Shown: positions 7,204-16,271 of the stretch, piece after piece | Position numbering within the stretch: position 1 is the first letter of the stretch | Layout of the letters: the number at the start of each line of letters is the position of its first letter | NCBI GenBank assembly: GCA_945871425.1 | Contig: CAMBVS010000001.1 | Span: forward strand, 16,303 to 80,302 | Direction: 5' to 3' | Origin: Rhizobium sp. Q54 | GTDB taxonomy: Bacteria > Pseudomonadota > Alphaproteobacteria > SHVZ01 | DNA length: 64,000 nucleotides | Translations under genes and position numbers: made by a program | Notes under the pieces: model-generated | What the model was told of the DNA's origin: nothing | The model's input: only the letters and a program-made list of their open reading frames with translations | Database searches by the model: none

Positions 7204-10134
7204 TCAGTCGAAGAAGGTTTTTAGCGCCGGGGCGGTCGCCGCCTTCTGGGCGATATCGAGCATGATGTGATAGCCGAGCGCGCGATAGGATTCGAGCTGC
7301 GGCTCGTCGAACCACTGGTCGGCCGTCGACTGGTTCGGGAATTCCTCGTGGGCGCGGTTGTAGGCGACGAGGTCGGCGGCACGCTCGCTGCCCTTCACCA
7401 GGGGCTTGATGTAGAGGATCGAGCCGACCGATTGTCCGTCCGGATACTCGATGGTGCCGATCGCATAGGCCGGAACGTCCTCGGCGTCGGCGGCGGCGGT
7501 CAGCATCTTCGTGTCGGCGAAGGCGATGCGCACGCCGAGATCGATCCGTATCTTGCGGACGGCGTTGCCGAGATCCTCGAAGGCGCGCTTGCCGTCCTCG
7601 CCGGCGTCGACGACGACGATGCGCCGGCAGCGGCGGCGGACCATCTCGTACAGGCCGAGATTCTCGAAATGGCCGCCGTCCGACAGATGGACGTAGCTGC
7701 TGGTCTCGTCGCTGAGGCCGAACAGCTCGCTCAGCAGCGGACGGTAGGCGAGCAGCGGCGACTCCCGCCGATACGGATCGACCTGCGGCGCGAGCGGCCT
7801 TACACCGGCGTTGCCGGCCCAGCCGGGATTGCCGAGCCACCAGCCGAGGCGGACGTTGAAGAGCGTCAGCAGGAAGGCGACGGTGGGCGAGGAGTGATAG
7901 CCCATATTCGGGCTGACCGCGGCGCCGGAGATCGCCATGGCGGTGCCGAGCGTGATGCCCTTGCCGTCCCTGGCACCGTAATCTGCGGTCCTGCGGTAGC
8001 CGAGCTCGGCGGTGCCGCAATGGAACGGCGTCACCGTGAAGGATTCGGCCTTGCGCTGCTGCCAGGCGAGCTTGCGGCTGGAGGCGAGGTTGAGGGCGAT
8101 GCCGATGACGTGCAGCGGGCGCCAGGACCCGGGCTTGAGCCCGCCCTCGGGCCAGAGGTCGGCAACGCGGATGCCGCTGTCCCGGCTGTCGAAGCCGGTG
8201 AAGCCGTCGGGCGCCCGCTCCTTCGGCCGCGACCCGCCGAGGAAGGCGCGGACCAGCCGGTTGCGGTAGAGCGCGTGCAGCGAGAAACGGTTGACGTTCA
8301 CCATCCACTGGGTGGCCAGCGCCATCACCAGCAGGATCCCGGCGATCACGAACGTCCAGAGCCAGTTGTCGAAGTACTCGCCCGAAGCAACGGTACCGGT
8401 GAAGAAGGCGGCCGTGTGGAACGGCGTGCCGAGCGCCAGCCGGTCGAACGTCATCGACAGGAAGATCAGCAAGATCGCCGCGAACAGCGGTCCGGCGACG
8501 GCGAGCGCGAGGTTCACCCACCACGCCTTCCGGTCGGTGGCGGGGCCCTTGCCGGACGTCGCGCTGCCGGCGCCGAGGAAGGCGGTGAGGGTGCCGGCGG
8601 CGGCACCGATGGTGGCGAGGCTGACATTGGCGGAGATCACCGGAGCCGTGCCCTGGTACAGCCACGAGCCCAGCAGGACGATGCTGGAGAGCACGATCCA
8701 GCCGAGCGCGGCGATCAAGTACCAGCCGCCGGAGCGACCGAGCCATTCGCGCTCGAAGTCGCCGTTGCGGGCATAGCCGTTGACCATGACGTAGGTCATC
8801 TGGCCGAGCAGCATCGACATCAGGAACCAGGGCTGGCCGAGGATCACCAGCAGGATCTGCGGGTTGATGGCCGAGTCCTTGTCCTTGTCCAGCAGCAGGT
8901 CGACGCCGGGGATATCGGCGGGCTTCTGCTCGAGCCCGGCGTAGAGGTGGACGCCGAGCCAGAGCAGCACGCCGGAAACCACGGCGGCGATGAGCCAGGA
9001 CATCCAGACCATGCGATCGAGCTCGATCGCCTTCCCCGCCTTCAGCCGCGCCCCGACGATGCCCAGCAGCCAGACGACGACGGCGACGGCGACCATGCGC
9101 AGTAGCAGCCATCCGTCGAACGCCGCTGTCTGCCCGAAGGTGCCGTCGACGAGGCCCGCCGCCAGCGCGTCGCCGGCTGTCATCCACCGGTTGGCGAGCC
9201 AGGCGAAGCAGGAGCTGGCGAGGATCGCCGGCATGAGGCAGCCGAAGAGGAACCGCGTCTGCTCGTTCCAGGGGCCGGCGTGGCCGGCGGACATCGGCGT
9301 CTGCGTCGCCGGCGGATGGTGCAGCTTGTAGACCTTGTAGCCGAAGCTCTGGGCCGTCAGCAGGACGCCGAGGAGGGCGACCAGGAAGCCCCAGGCCGGG
9401 CATGATGCGCCGAACGTCCCGGTATGCGCCACGGCGGCGACCACCTTGATCAGGATCACCGGCGCCGCCAGGACCGGCAGCAGCACCAGCCAGTTCAGCA
9501 GCAGGTTGCGGATGAAGATGGCGACGGCGGTCCACAGGTCGATCGACACCAGCCCTGCCTTCGGGGTGAGGTAGGCGCTGTAGTCGCGGAGGTGGCGGAT
9601 CTCCTCGGGCTCGGCATCGCCGCCGGCGCGGCGGACGTGGAGATCGTCGATGACGTCCTGGCTCCTCCCGGCCCGGCTGAGCCAGGCCGAGAGCCAGGAG
9701 CCGATGTAGCCGCCGCCGGACACCGTCGAGAGATAGTGGAACCGGGTGAGCAGTCCCGACTGGGCCAGCGCCTGCAGCACGCCGAGCGAGAACGAGGCGC
9801 TGCGGATGCCGCCGCCGGAAAGCGCCAGCGCCTCGGGCTTGAGCCGGTGCGCGGCGGCGTAGACCGCGGATCGCCGCCCGGGCTCATGCTCGGCATCGAA
9901 GCCGGCGAGCGCCTCCTCGGCCGCCGCCGCGGCGCGCGCGTCTCCCGCCTGCCGCGCCTTGGCGCAGGCCTCGACCAGCGTCTCGCGCCCGGCGGTCAGC
10001 GCGCCGAGCTTCGCGTCCAGAGCCCGGATCTCCGGCCGCGGTCCCCAGATCGCGGCGAACTCGTCGCGGAGCACGTTCGAGAGCGGGAGCGGTCCGGGAT
10101 CGGGCCCGGCCGGCGTCGCGTTCGCTTGCGTCAT
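7204..10134 (-). CDS. patatin/cPLA2-like phospholipase with a large multi-TM insertion
   Basis: Motifs 'LSGGGIRS' (oxyanion), 'TVSGGGY' (Ser elbow) and 'LSDGGHFENLG' (Asp) are present, with about 11 hydrophobic helix-length segments between Ser and Asp. The track start at 10170 is a TTG with an abutting SD. ATG 10134 (MTQANAT...) has 'gggggga' upstream. Confidence 0.8.
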   Translation of the reverse strand: MTQANATPAGPDPGPLPLSNVLRDEFAAIWGPRPEIRALDAKLGALTAGRETLVEACAKARQAGDARAAAAAEEALAGFDAEHEPGRRSAVYAAAHRLKPEALALSGGGIRSASFSLGVLQALAQSGLLTRFHYLSTVSGGGYIGSWLSAWLSRAGRSQDVIDDLHVRRAGGDAEPEEIRHLRDYSAYLTPKAGLVSIDLWTAVAIFIRNLLLNWLVLLPVLAAPVILIKVVAAVAHTGTFGASCPAWGFLVALLGVLLTAQSFGYKVYKLHHPPATQTPMSAGHAGPWNEQTRFLFGCLMPAILASSCFAWLANRWMTAGDALAAGLVDGTFGQTAAFDGWLLLRMVAVAVVVWLLGIVGARLKAGKAIELDRMVWMSWLIAAVVSGVLLWLGVHLYAGLEQKPADIPGVDLLLDKDKDSAINPQILLVILGQPWFLMSMLLGQMTYVMVNGYARNGDFEREWLGRSGGWYLIAALGWIVLSSIVLLGSWLYQGTAPVISANVSLATIGAAAGTLTAFLGAGSATSGKGPATDRKAWWVNLALAVAGPLFAAILLIFLSMTFDRLALGTPFHTAAFFTGTVASGEYFDNWLWTFVIAGILLVMALATQWMVNVNRFSLHALYRNRLVRAFLGGSRPKERAPDGFTGFDSRDSGIRVADLWPEGGLKPGSWRPLHVIGIALNLASSRKLAWQQRKAESFTVTPFHCGTAELGYRRTADYGARDGKGITLGTAMAISGAAVSPNMGYHSSPTVAFLLTLFNVRLGWWLGNPGWAGNAGVRPLAPQVDPYRRESPLLAYRPLLSELFGLSDETSSYVHLSDGGHFENLGLYEMVRRRCRRIVVVDAGEDGKRAFEDLGNAVRKIRIDLGVRIAFADTKMLTAAADAEDVPAYAIGTIEYPDGQSVGSILYIKPLVKGSERAADLVAYNRAHEEFPNQSTADQWFDEPQLESYRALGYHIMLDIAQKAATAPALKTFFD

Positions 10135-10397
10135 CCTGGATCCCCCCGGCGGCCGCCCGGCCGCCTGCAATCTCCGGGGGAATTATCGGCCGGAATCCGG
10201 GCATGTGCATCCCCCATCTGGGGGGAGGGCGACGCACCCCCCGGCGGCGCGGGGCGTCGGGCTCCGCCCGGCCTCGCCGCGGCAGGGGAGCCCGGAAAGC
10301 ACGTTTCGGGGAGCGGCGGCCGGGGCGATGGCCAGGGCGCGAAAAGCCTCCTAATCTTGCCGGGCCGGGCAGTCCGTTTCGGCCGGCCAGGGGGGCG

Positions 10398-10919
10398 ATG
10401 GCCCGTCAAGTCCACAAGAAGCGCTCGTCGGCGATGCCGGCACCGGCGCATGTGATCTACGAGCCGGTGGCGGGCGACATCCACGACGGCGACCTGCGTG
10501 CGCTGTTCCAGCGCTGGGAGGCGGAGATCGCCGCCGGCCACGCGGTGCCCGGCCAGGAGATCCTGGGCTATCCGGAGATCGCGCCGCTGACCCGCAACCT
10601 GATGCTGCTGGAGATCATCCCGCTCGCGGCCGGCGGTCACGACTACCGCTATCGCATCTACGGCGCGGAGATCGCCAAGGCCTACGGCCAGGACATGACC
10701 GGCCGGCTGACCAGCGAATTCCCGAGCGGCGTCGCCAGCTTCTTCGCCGAGCTCTACGAGACCGCGATCGACCGCAAGATCGTCATCCACAGCCTGCACA
10801 CGCCGCCTTTGAGCGTGAACGTCACCAAGTGGGAACGGCTGATCTTCCCGCTGGGCGACCCCGAGGTGAAGTGGCTGCTGGTGGTGAACATCGCGAAGGG
10901 CAGGCGGCGGGAGGAATGA
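10398..10919 (+). CDS. small PAS-like domain protein (PAS_5/DUF1457-like)
   Basis: I trimmed track ORF 10203..10919 to ATG 10398 (MARQVHKK...) because the upstream part is Arg/Gly junk. The 'YRYRIYGAEIAKAYGQDMTG' type core is recalled from small alphaproteobacterial PAS proteins. Confidence 0.55.
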   Translation: MARQVHKKRSSAMPAPAHVIYEPVAGDIHDGDLRALFQRWEAEIAAGHAVPGQEILGYPEIAPLTRNLMLLEIIPLAAGGHDYRYRIYGAEIAKAYGQDMTGRLTSEFPSGVASFFAELYETAIDRKIVIHSLHTPPLSVNVTKWERLIFPLGDPEVKWLLVVNIAKGRRREE

Positions 10920-11170
10920 CTCGCTTGCGCGAGAGGCCTTCGCTCGCCGCTTGGGGCGCGCTCCATGGACTTGCTTCGCGAGACCTCCCGACCCTCGCTC
11001 AAGTGGCGTGACGCTTTCGTTCGCGAAGACGCGAACCCCGCGTCCCGCCGCTCGGGCGATCCCGAATCTCCCGAGCGCGGAACGCGGCAGTAAGCGTTAA
11101 GTGCGACGCGAAGCGTCGTCACGGTCGCTTACGAGAGCGGGCCGCACTCAGCGAGGATCGGAAGCTCTCG
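10920..11170 (+). repeat. A-family modular intergenic repeat, copy A2
   Basis: Same sub-units and same core hairpin gttcgcg-aaga-cgcgaac (11019..11036) as A1 and A3. Confidence 0.75.
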
Positions 11171-11242
11171 CGAATGCGGGGCCGTGGACTTTGTGTGTCC
11201 CGAGCCCCAAGCTTCGAAAACGAAATCCCGGGAGGTCTCGCC

Positions 11243-12301
11243 ATGCGCCTGCTTCTCCGCCTCGCCGCCGCGCTCACTCTCCTCGCCACATCCGCCTTCG
11301 CCCAATCCTTCCCCGCGCCGAAGACCGGCGAATGGATCGCCAAGGATTTCAAATTCCACACCGGCGAGACCGTGCCGGAGGTGAAGCTGGCGTACACCAC
11401 CATCGGCGATCCCAAGGGCGAGCCCGTGCTGATCTTGCATGGCACGTCCGGTTCCGCCGGCTCGATGCTGGGGCCCGCTTTCGCCGGCCAGCTGTTCGGT
11501 CCCGGCCAGCCTTTGGATGCGCAGCGATACTTCATCATCATCCCGGATTCGATCGGCCACGGGAAATCGTCCAAGCCGTCGGACGGGCTCCGCGCCAAGT
11601 TCCCGCGCTACAATTACGACGACATGGTGCAGGGCCAATACCGGCTGGTGACCGAGGGCCTGGGCGTGAAGCATCTCCGCCTCGTGCTCGGCAACTCCAT
11701 GGGCGGCATGCACACCTGGCTCTGGGGCACCACGCATCCCACGATGATGGACGCACTCGTGCCGATGGCCTCGCAGCCGACGGAGATGTCCGCCCGCAAC
11801 TGGATGATGCGCCGGCTTATCATCGACACCATCCGCAGCGATCCCGAGTGGAACGGCGGCAACTACACCAGCCAGCCGAAGTCGCTCAAGATGGCCAACG
11901 TGTTCTACGGCATCGGCACCAACGGCGGTACGCTGGCGTGGTCGTCGCTGGCGCCGACGCGGGCGGCCGCCGACAAGATCGTGGATGAGCGCCTGGCCGC
12001 GCCGTTCACCGCGGATGCCAACGACTTCATGTATGCGTGGGATTCCTCGCGCGACTACAACGCCGCGCCCGGCCTGGATCGCATACAAGCGGCGCTCCTC
12101 GCCATCAACTCCGCCGACGACGAGCGCAACCCGCCGGAGACCGGCGTGATGGAACGCGAGCTCAAGCGCCTCAAGAACGCCAAGCTCCTGCTTATACCAG
12201 CGAGCACGGACACGCGCGGCCATGGCACGACCGGCATGGCCAGGTTCTGGGCGAGTGAGGTAAAGGCGTTGCTGGATGCGACGCCCAAGAAGGCGATGTA
12301 G
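11243..12301 (+). CDS. secreted alpha/beta-fold hydrolase (homoserine O-acetyltransferase-like fold)
   Basis: ATG 11243 is preceded by 'ggagg'. Signal peptide 'MRLLLRLAAALTLLATSAFAQ' and nucleophile elbow 'GNSMGG'. Confidence 0.8.
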   Translation: MRLLLRLAAALTLLATSAFAQSFPAPKTGEWIAKDFKFHTGETVPEVKLAYTTIGDPKGEPVLILHGTSGSAGSMLGPAFAGQLFGPGQPLDAQRYFIIIPDSIGHGKSSKPSDGLRAKFPRYNYDDMVQGQYRLVTEGLGVKHLRLVLGNSMGGMHTWLWGTTHPTMMDALVPMASQPTEMSARNWMMRRLIIDTIRSDPEWNGGNYTSQPKSLKMANVFYGIGTNGGTLAWSSLAPTRAAADKIVDERLAAPFTADANDFMYAWDSSRDYNAAPGLDRIQAALLAINSADDERNPPETGVMERELKRLKNAKLLLIPASTDTRGHGTTGMARFWASEVKALLDATPKKAM

Positions 12302-12577
12302 GCGTCGACTCGCTACGCGAGGACTTACGACCCTCGCTTAGGGCGTGACGCATTCGACGGACTCGCTTGCGCGAGAGCATCCGACCCTCGCTTGGTGGCA
12401 TGACGCTTTCGTTCGCGAAGACGCGAACCCCGCGTCCCGCCGCTCGGGGGCGAGCGCGGGATGCGGAGCTAAGGCGCAAGGTGCGCACTTGCGCACCGAC
12501 AGCCTTAGCGGAAGCAGACCGCCTTAAGCGAGCCTCGTTGAGTTCCGAGCGCAGCGAGGCTTCACCGCAGCGAGTCT
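12302..12577 (+). repeat. A-family modular intergenic repeat, copy A3 (with extra 3' modules)
   Basis: Core hairpin at 12411..12428, plus nested hairpins 'ctaaggc...ggtgcgca-ct-tgcgcacc...gccttag' and 'agcctcg...cgaggct'. These modules recur inverted in A4. Confidence 0.75.
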
Positions 12578-13162
12578 TCAATCCGGCAGCTCGTACCCAA
12601 TCCTGGTCTCGACCTCGATTGTCTTCCGCACCGCCGGCCTCTCCATCATCCTCTCGTAATGAGCGCGCAGATTCGCGAACTCTCCCGGCCCCGCGTGCAA
12701 CTTCGCGCCGAACCGCCAGAACAGCCGGAACAGATGAATGTCTGCGATCGAATAGCGGCCGCCGACCGCCCAGTCCGCATCGCCGAGCCGCCGGTCGGCC
12801 AGCGCGTAGACGTCCCGCATGCGCTCGATGCCTTGCGTGCGTGCCGGGTGAAGCGTCGCGGCGATGAACGACATCCACGAGATGACCTCGGCCTCGGCGA
12901 ACGCATCTCCCGCGGGCAGCAGCCCTGCCTCCGGATACCGCCTCGCGAGATAGAACAGGATCGCCGCCACTTCCGTCAGCACGCGCCCGTCGACCTCCAG
13001 CACCGGCACCTGGCCCACCGGATTGATCTTCAGGAACTCAGGCGTCAGCGTCTCCGTCCTGTGGATCGACAGCACCCGGCTCTCGAACGCGCAGCCGACC
13101 TCATGCAGCGCGATATGCACCGCCATCGACGAGGTGCCGGGGGCGAAGTGGAAGATCAGCAT
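12578..13162 (-). CDS. glutathione S-transferase
   Basis: 194 aa. N-terminal thioredoxin-like 'GTSSMAVHIAL...QVPVLE' and a C-terminal helical GST domain. Confidence 0.85.
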   Translation of the reverse strand: MLIFHFAPGTSSMAVHIALHEVGCAFESRVLSIHRTETLTPEFLKINPVGQVPVLEVDGRVLTEVAAILFYLARRYPEAGLLPAGDAFAEAEVISWMSFIAATLHPARTQGIERMRDVYALADRRLGDADWAVGGRYSIADIHLFRLFWRFGAKLHAGPGEFANLRAHYERMMERPAVRKTIEVETRIGYELPD

Positions 13163-13171
13163 GGCTGGCTC

Positions 13172-13636
13172 CTAGCGCACCTGGAAGATCGCTTCGACCG
13201 AGCAGGCGAAGTCCATTGGCCCAATGGTGCCGACGGCGAAGCGCGCATGCCGGCCGGCCTCGCCCCAGATCTGGACCAATAGGTCGGAGGCGCCGTTGGC
13301 GACCTGCGGCTGGCCCTTGAAGTCGGGCGCGGAGTTGACGAAGACGCCGAGCTTGACGCAGCGCACCACCCGGTCGAGATCGCCGTCCAGCGCCGCCTTG
13401 AGCTGGGCGATCACGTTGAGCGCCGAGAGCCGCGCCGCCGCCTGCCCCTGCTCGAGCGAAATCTCGACGCCCAGCCGGCCGAGATAGGGGCGCCTGTCGC
13501 CGTCGACCGGCGGCTGGCCGGCGACGAAGGCGAGCCCGTCGACCACGACCACATGCTGGAATGACGCGAACGGCGTCCCCGCCGACGGCAGGACGAGGCC
13601 GAGCTCGGCCAGCTTCACATCGATGCGTCCACTCAT
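13172..13636 (-). CDS. RidA/YjgF/UK114-family protein
   Basis: 154 aa. 'AGQPP', 'GVFVNSAPDF', 'GEAGRHARFAVG' are typical of the YjgF fold. Confidence 0.8.
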   Translation of the reverse strand: MSGRIDVKLAELGLVLPSAGTPFASFQHVVVVDGLAFVAGQPPVDGDRRPYLGRLGVEISLEQGQAAARLSALNVIAQLKAALDGDLDRVVRCVKLGVFVNSAPDFKGQPQVANGASDLLVQIWGEAGRHARFAVGTIGPMDFACSVEAIFQVR

Positions 13637-13790
13637 CCGTGCTCCCCCCGGCTGTGCAGGATGAGCCTAGCGCGCGAATGCCTCTGCGTCCCCCGAGCGC
13701 GAGGCGGCGGCAGGCTTGGATCGCATCTTGGCGACCTTGCCCGCCATCAACTCCGCCGAGCGAGGGAGAGAAGGGCGCCGAGCCTCGCGA

Positions 13791-14171
13791 TCAGGCGCTC
13801 TTCAGCGACCGTCGTCCGGCGGCGCGTGGCTTCCGCGCCTTGGCCGGCCGGGCACCGCTCTCCGCAGTCTTGCCGTAGCGCGTCAGCTCGACCAGCTTGC
13901 CCTTGAGGTCGGCCATGACGACGAGGCAGCCGCCGGCGGCGTCGACGTAGCGCGCCAGCGTCGAGACGAACATGTCCGGCCGCCGCTCCAGGCGCGAGAC
14001 CTGCGGCTGGTCGATCTCCAGCCGCGCCGCCATCTCCTGCTGCGACAGGCCGGCGGCGGTGCGGATCTCCTGCAACGCCAGATCCTTCAGCAGGCCGTCA
14101 TAGATCCGGTCCGACGCATCGCGCTCCTTCGGCGTCATCCTGGCGCGCAGCGCCGACAGCGGCTTTGCCAT
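13791..14171 (-). CDS. XRE-family HTH regulator, antitoxin-like (HigA-type architecture)
   Basis: ATG 14171 (MAKPLSAL...) with 'ggaga' upstream. HTH 'GLSQQEMAARLEIDQPQVSRLE', followed by 'STLARYVDAAGGCLVVMADL', which is typical of XRE antitoxins. Basic C-terminal tail. Confidence 0.75.
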   Translation of the reverse strand: MAKPLSALRARMTPKERDASDRIYDGLLKDLALQEIRTAAGLSQQEMAARLEIDQPQVSRLERRPDMFVSTLARYVDAAGGCLVVMADLKGKLVELTRYGKTAESGARPAKARKPRAAGRRSLKSA

Positions 14172-14197
14172 CGAACATCTCCGAGTGGGTGAACCGT

Positions 14198-14899
14198 TCA
14201 CGTCAAGAAGCGAAGACACGAAAGCAGTGGAGCTACGTGGTCAACCAGATCCTTCGGGATGGTGCCGCAGATGACGCCGGAAAATAGCCAGACGGCGCCC
14301 GTCGCCGAAATATCTAAACCGCCAGTCTCCGCCACCGCCATCGTGTTGCGGATGTCTTGGTCTTCCGCGGCGCGAGATCGCTGTTCCTGCTTCAAGGCTT
14401 CGTCCTGCCTCCGGACGTTCGCGTCCATTTCTTCTTGGGCTTGGCTTATCCGGTCGTCGATGAGCGTGGCATTCTTCTCTAAAGCCGCAACCCGGTCTTC
14501 TATCGTGGCACCGGGGCCGGCTTTGTGTCTGGCAATGCCGCGTGCATTGACCGTGTCCGAATCTTGCACGACGGCAAGCACACCGGAAACTGTTGCTATA
14601 TTGTAGGCTGGCCAGCGGCCAAACCATTGGCGTGTACGGTCAAATATGCCAGGAAGCCCGAAGAGTTTGCGGGTCTCTCTAATGCCGATCGCCACCATCC
14701 CTATGCCGAGAAGCTGGAGCGCCGCCCCGGCCCTCGCTATGTAGAGTTCGCTCCCCTGCGCCACGACGACGATCGGGAACATCAATCCAATCCCGCCAGT
14801 CCCGAGGATGAGCAGCAAGAATTTCCATGTTTCTCTCGCCAAGGAGCCCAACGCCTTGATCCAGCGCCATGACTTTTTTATTTGAGCGTGAAGGGCCAT
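14198..14899 (-). CDS. hypothetical membrane protein with central coiled coil
   Basis: ATG 14899 with 'gaggat' SD. Two N-terminal TM segments ('FLLLILGTGGIGLMFPIVVV', 'AALQLLGIGMVAIGI'), a charged helical stretch ('DRISQAQEEMDANVRRQDEALKQEQRSRAAEDQD') and a C-terminal hydrophobic segment. GC is lower: 33/60 on line 14581. Confidence 0.55.
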   Translation of the reverse strand: MALHAQIKKSWRWIKALGSLARETWKFLLLILGTGGIGLMFPIVVVAQGSELYIARAGAALQLLGIGMVAIGIRETRKLFGLPGIFDRTRQWFGRWPAYNIATVSGVLAVVQDSDTVNARGIARHKAGPGATIEDRVAALEKNATLIDDRISQAQEEMDANVRRQDEALKQEQRSRAAEDQDIRNTMAVAETGGLDISATGAVWLFSGVICGTIPKDLVDHVAPLLSCLRFLT

Positions 14900-15101
14900 G
14901 CGGATGATCCTCACTTGGGTGTTTCCAGTTCGCGTTTGGATCGTTATTCCAAGGATTAACAGGCAAACCAAGCCCGTTCCTTGATCCGCCACCGAGAGAA
15001 TAGCGGCCGGTCAGTGACTCAAGGCGGGCGACTTGCTGCACCGCCTCACGCCTTCTGCTAACCTCCCTCCACCCTTTCACCCCCTCCCGGAGCCGCCCCC
15101 C

Positions 15102-16271
15102 ATGTCCGCCTGCATCATCGGCTGGGCCCATACGCCCTTCGGCAAGCATGACGCCCTCGATCTGGAAACCTTGATCGTCACCGTCGCCCGCCAGGCGGTG
15201 GCCGATGCCGGCCTCGAGCCGAAGGACATCGACCAGATCTTCGTCGGCCACCTCAATGCCGGCTTCGTCCGCCAGGAGTTTCCTTCCTCGCTGGCGTTGC
15301 AGGCCGCGGACGAGTGGCGCTTCAAGCCGTCGACCCGTGTCGAGAACGCGTGCGCCACGGGATCGGCGGCGATCCATCAGGGGCTGAACGCCATAGCCGC
15401 CAAGCGTGCCAAGCGCGTGCTGGTGGTCGGCGTCGAGAAGATGACGGAGGTCACCGGCGCGCAGGTCGGCGACCTGTTGATCCGCGCCTCGTACCTCAAG
15501 GAAGAGGGCGCGACCGAGGGCGGCTTCGCCGGGGTCTTCGGCGGCATCACCGCGAATTATTTCCAGAAGCACGGCGACCAGTCGGACGCGCTGGCGCGCA
15601 TCGCCGCTAAGAATCACAAGAACGGCGCCGTCAATCCGCTGGCTCACATGCGGAAGGATCTGGGCTACGACTTCTGCCGGAACGTCAGCGAGAAGAACCC
15701 CTTCGTCGCCGGCCCGCTGAAGCGCACCGACTGCTCGCTGGTTTCCGACGGCGCCGCCGCCGTGGTGCTGGCGGACATGGACACGGCGCTGTCCTCGAAG
15801 AAGGCCGTGGTGTTCCGCGCCGCCGAGCAGGTGAACGACTTCCTGCCGATGAGCCGCCGCGACATCACCTTGTTCGAAGGCTGCGAGCAGGCGTGGAAGA
15901 AGGCGCTCTCGGCCTCCCGCCTCAACCTGCTCGATCTCAGCCTGGTCGAGACGCATGACTGCTTCACGGTGGCCGAGCTGATCGAATACGAGGCGATGGG
16001 CCTGACCCCCAGAGGACAGGGCTATCGCGCGATACAGGAAGGCTGGACCGAGAAGACCGGCAAGCTGCCGGTGAACCCCTCCGGCGGCCTCAAGTCCAAG
16101 GGCCACCCGATCGGCGCCACCGGCGTTTCCATGCACGTCATGAGCGCGATGCAGCTCACGGGTGCGGCGGGGGACATGCAGGTGAAGGGGGCGAAGCTCG
16201 CGGGCGTGTTTAATATGGGTGGCGCGGCTGTTGCCAACTACGTGAGCATTCTCGAACCCCTCAGATCTTAG
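15102..16271 (+). CDS. thiolase-family protein (SCP-x/lipid-transfer type acetyl-CoA C-acyltransferase)
   Basis: ATG 15102 (MSACIIGWAHTPFGK). Active-site Cys region 'VENACATGSAAI' and C-terminal 'NPSGGLKSKGHPIGATG' and 'NMGG'. Confidence 0.85.
   Translation: MSACIIGWAHTPFGKHDALDLETLIVTVARQAVADAGLEPKDIDQIFVGHLNAGFVRQEFPSSLALQAADEWRFKPSTRVENACATGSAAIHQGLNAIAAKRAKRVLVVGVEKMTEVTGAQVGDLLIRASYLKEEGATEGGFAGVFGGITANYFQKHGDQSDALARIAAKNHKNGAVNPLAHMRKDLGYDFCRNVSEKNPFVAGPLKRTDCSLVSDGAAAVVLADMDTALSSKKAVVFRAAEQVNDFLPMSRRDITLFEGCEQAWKKALSASRLNLLDLSLVETHDCFTVAELIEYEAMGLTPRGQGYRAIQEGWTEKTGKLPVNPSGGLKSKGHPIGATGVSMHVMSAMQLTGAAGDMQVKGAKLAGVFNMGGAAVANYVSILEPLRS

Noticed and set aside
6203-9535. 1110-aa minus-strand ORF in the track
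   Set aside because: Only its last 313 codons (from MPRLIRLAAAQ, ATG 7144) look like a protein, a carbon-nitrogen hydrolase. The upstream 800 codons are Arg/Pro/Gly-rich and overlap the patatin gene, which shares the strand but reads in a different frame.
10203-10397. N-terminal extensions offered by the ORF track (e.g. 10203, 40607, 42268, 45103, 24395, 20866..22122, 33891)
   Set aside because: The extensions are Arg/Pro/Gly-rich, overlap upstream genes or repeats, and precede internal ATG/GTG codons that have SD sequences, signal peptides or canonical family N-termini.
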